This document shows, piece after piece, positions 63,846 through 64,000 of a stretch of 64,000 nt of DNA (positions are counted from its first letter, which is position 1; every line of letters starts with the position of its first letter). The stretch is from Lama glama (Eukaryota), in the NCBI GenBank assembly GCA_028534125.1, contig CM052818.1:39558001-39622000 (forward strand), read 5' to 3'. A program made the translations under genes and the position numbers. The notes beneath the pieces were generated by a model. That model was not told the DNA's origin. It made no database searches and saw nothing but the letters and a program-made list of their open reading frames with translations.

Positions 63846-64000
63846 AATTCATGATGGACAGCAGATCACATGTCAAAGAGTTTGTACTTCTGCAAAAGTG
63901 AACGCGATCATAAGCTTTGAAAACGAGTGACGACTCAGGAGATGCTGGATGAGCCAAAAGCCAGTGTATAATTCAAAGTTGCCGCTCCTCAGGTAGAAAA

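Noticed and set aside
63840..63855. Perfect 16-bp palindrome atcatgaattcatgat
   Set aside because: About one is expected by chance in 64 kb (4^-8 per position)

Overview
Mammalian non-coding genomic DNA (intron or intergenic), not prokaryotic. A ~100-bp tRNA-derived SINE at 18049-18150 and the style of the young L1 3' ends suggest a cetartiodactyl, probably a camelid; this is an inference. I found no convincing protein-coding exon, RNA gene or CRISPR array. The supplied ORFs are chance ORFs, N-gap artefacts or fragments of L1 ORF2 and a hAT transposase. The window is dominated by interspersed repeats (L1, L2, CR1/L3, MIR, MaLR/ERVL LTRs, Tigger and hAT-Charlie DNA transposons), with a 500-N gap at 23870-24369 and several repeat-poor, motif-dense blocks that may be enhancers. 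Three structures stand out. (1) A TSD-flanked, polyadenylated chimeric retrocopy (MLT1 + Tigger1) sits inside an old L1 at 2166-2808. (2) A ~350-bp element at 41550-41898 fuses an L1 5' end directly to an L1 3' end, with the join at an AG, so it may be a spliced L1. (3) A fossil Charlie transposase gene at 18989-23869 is broken by three nested insertions. Family names come from remembered consensus similarity rather than a database search, and repeat boundaries without TSDs are approximate.
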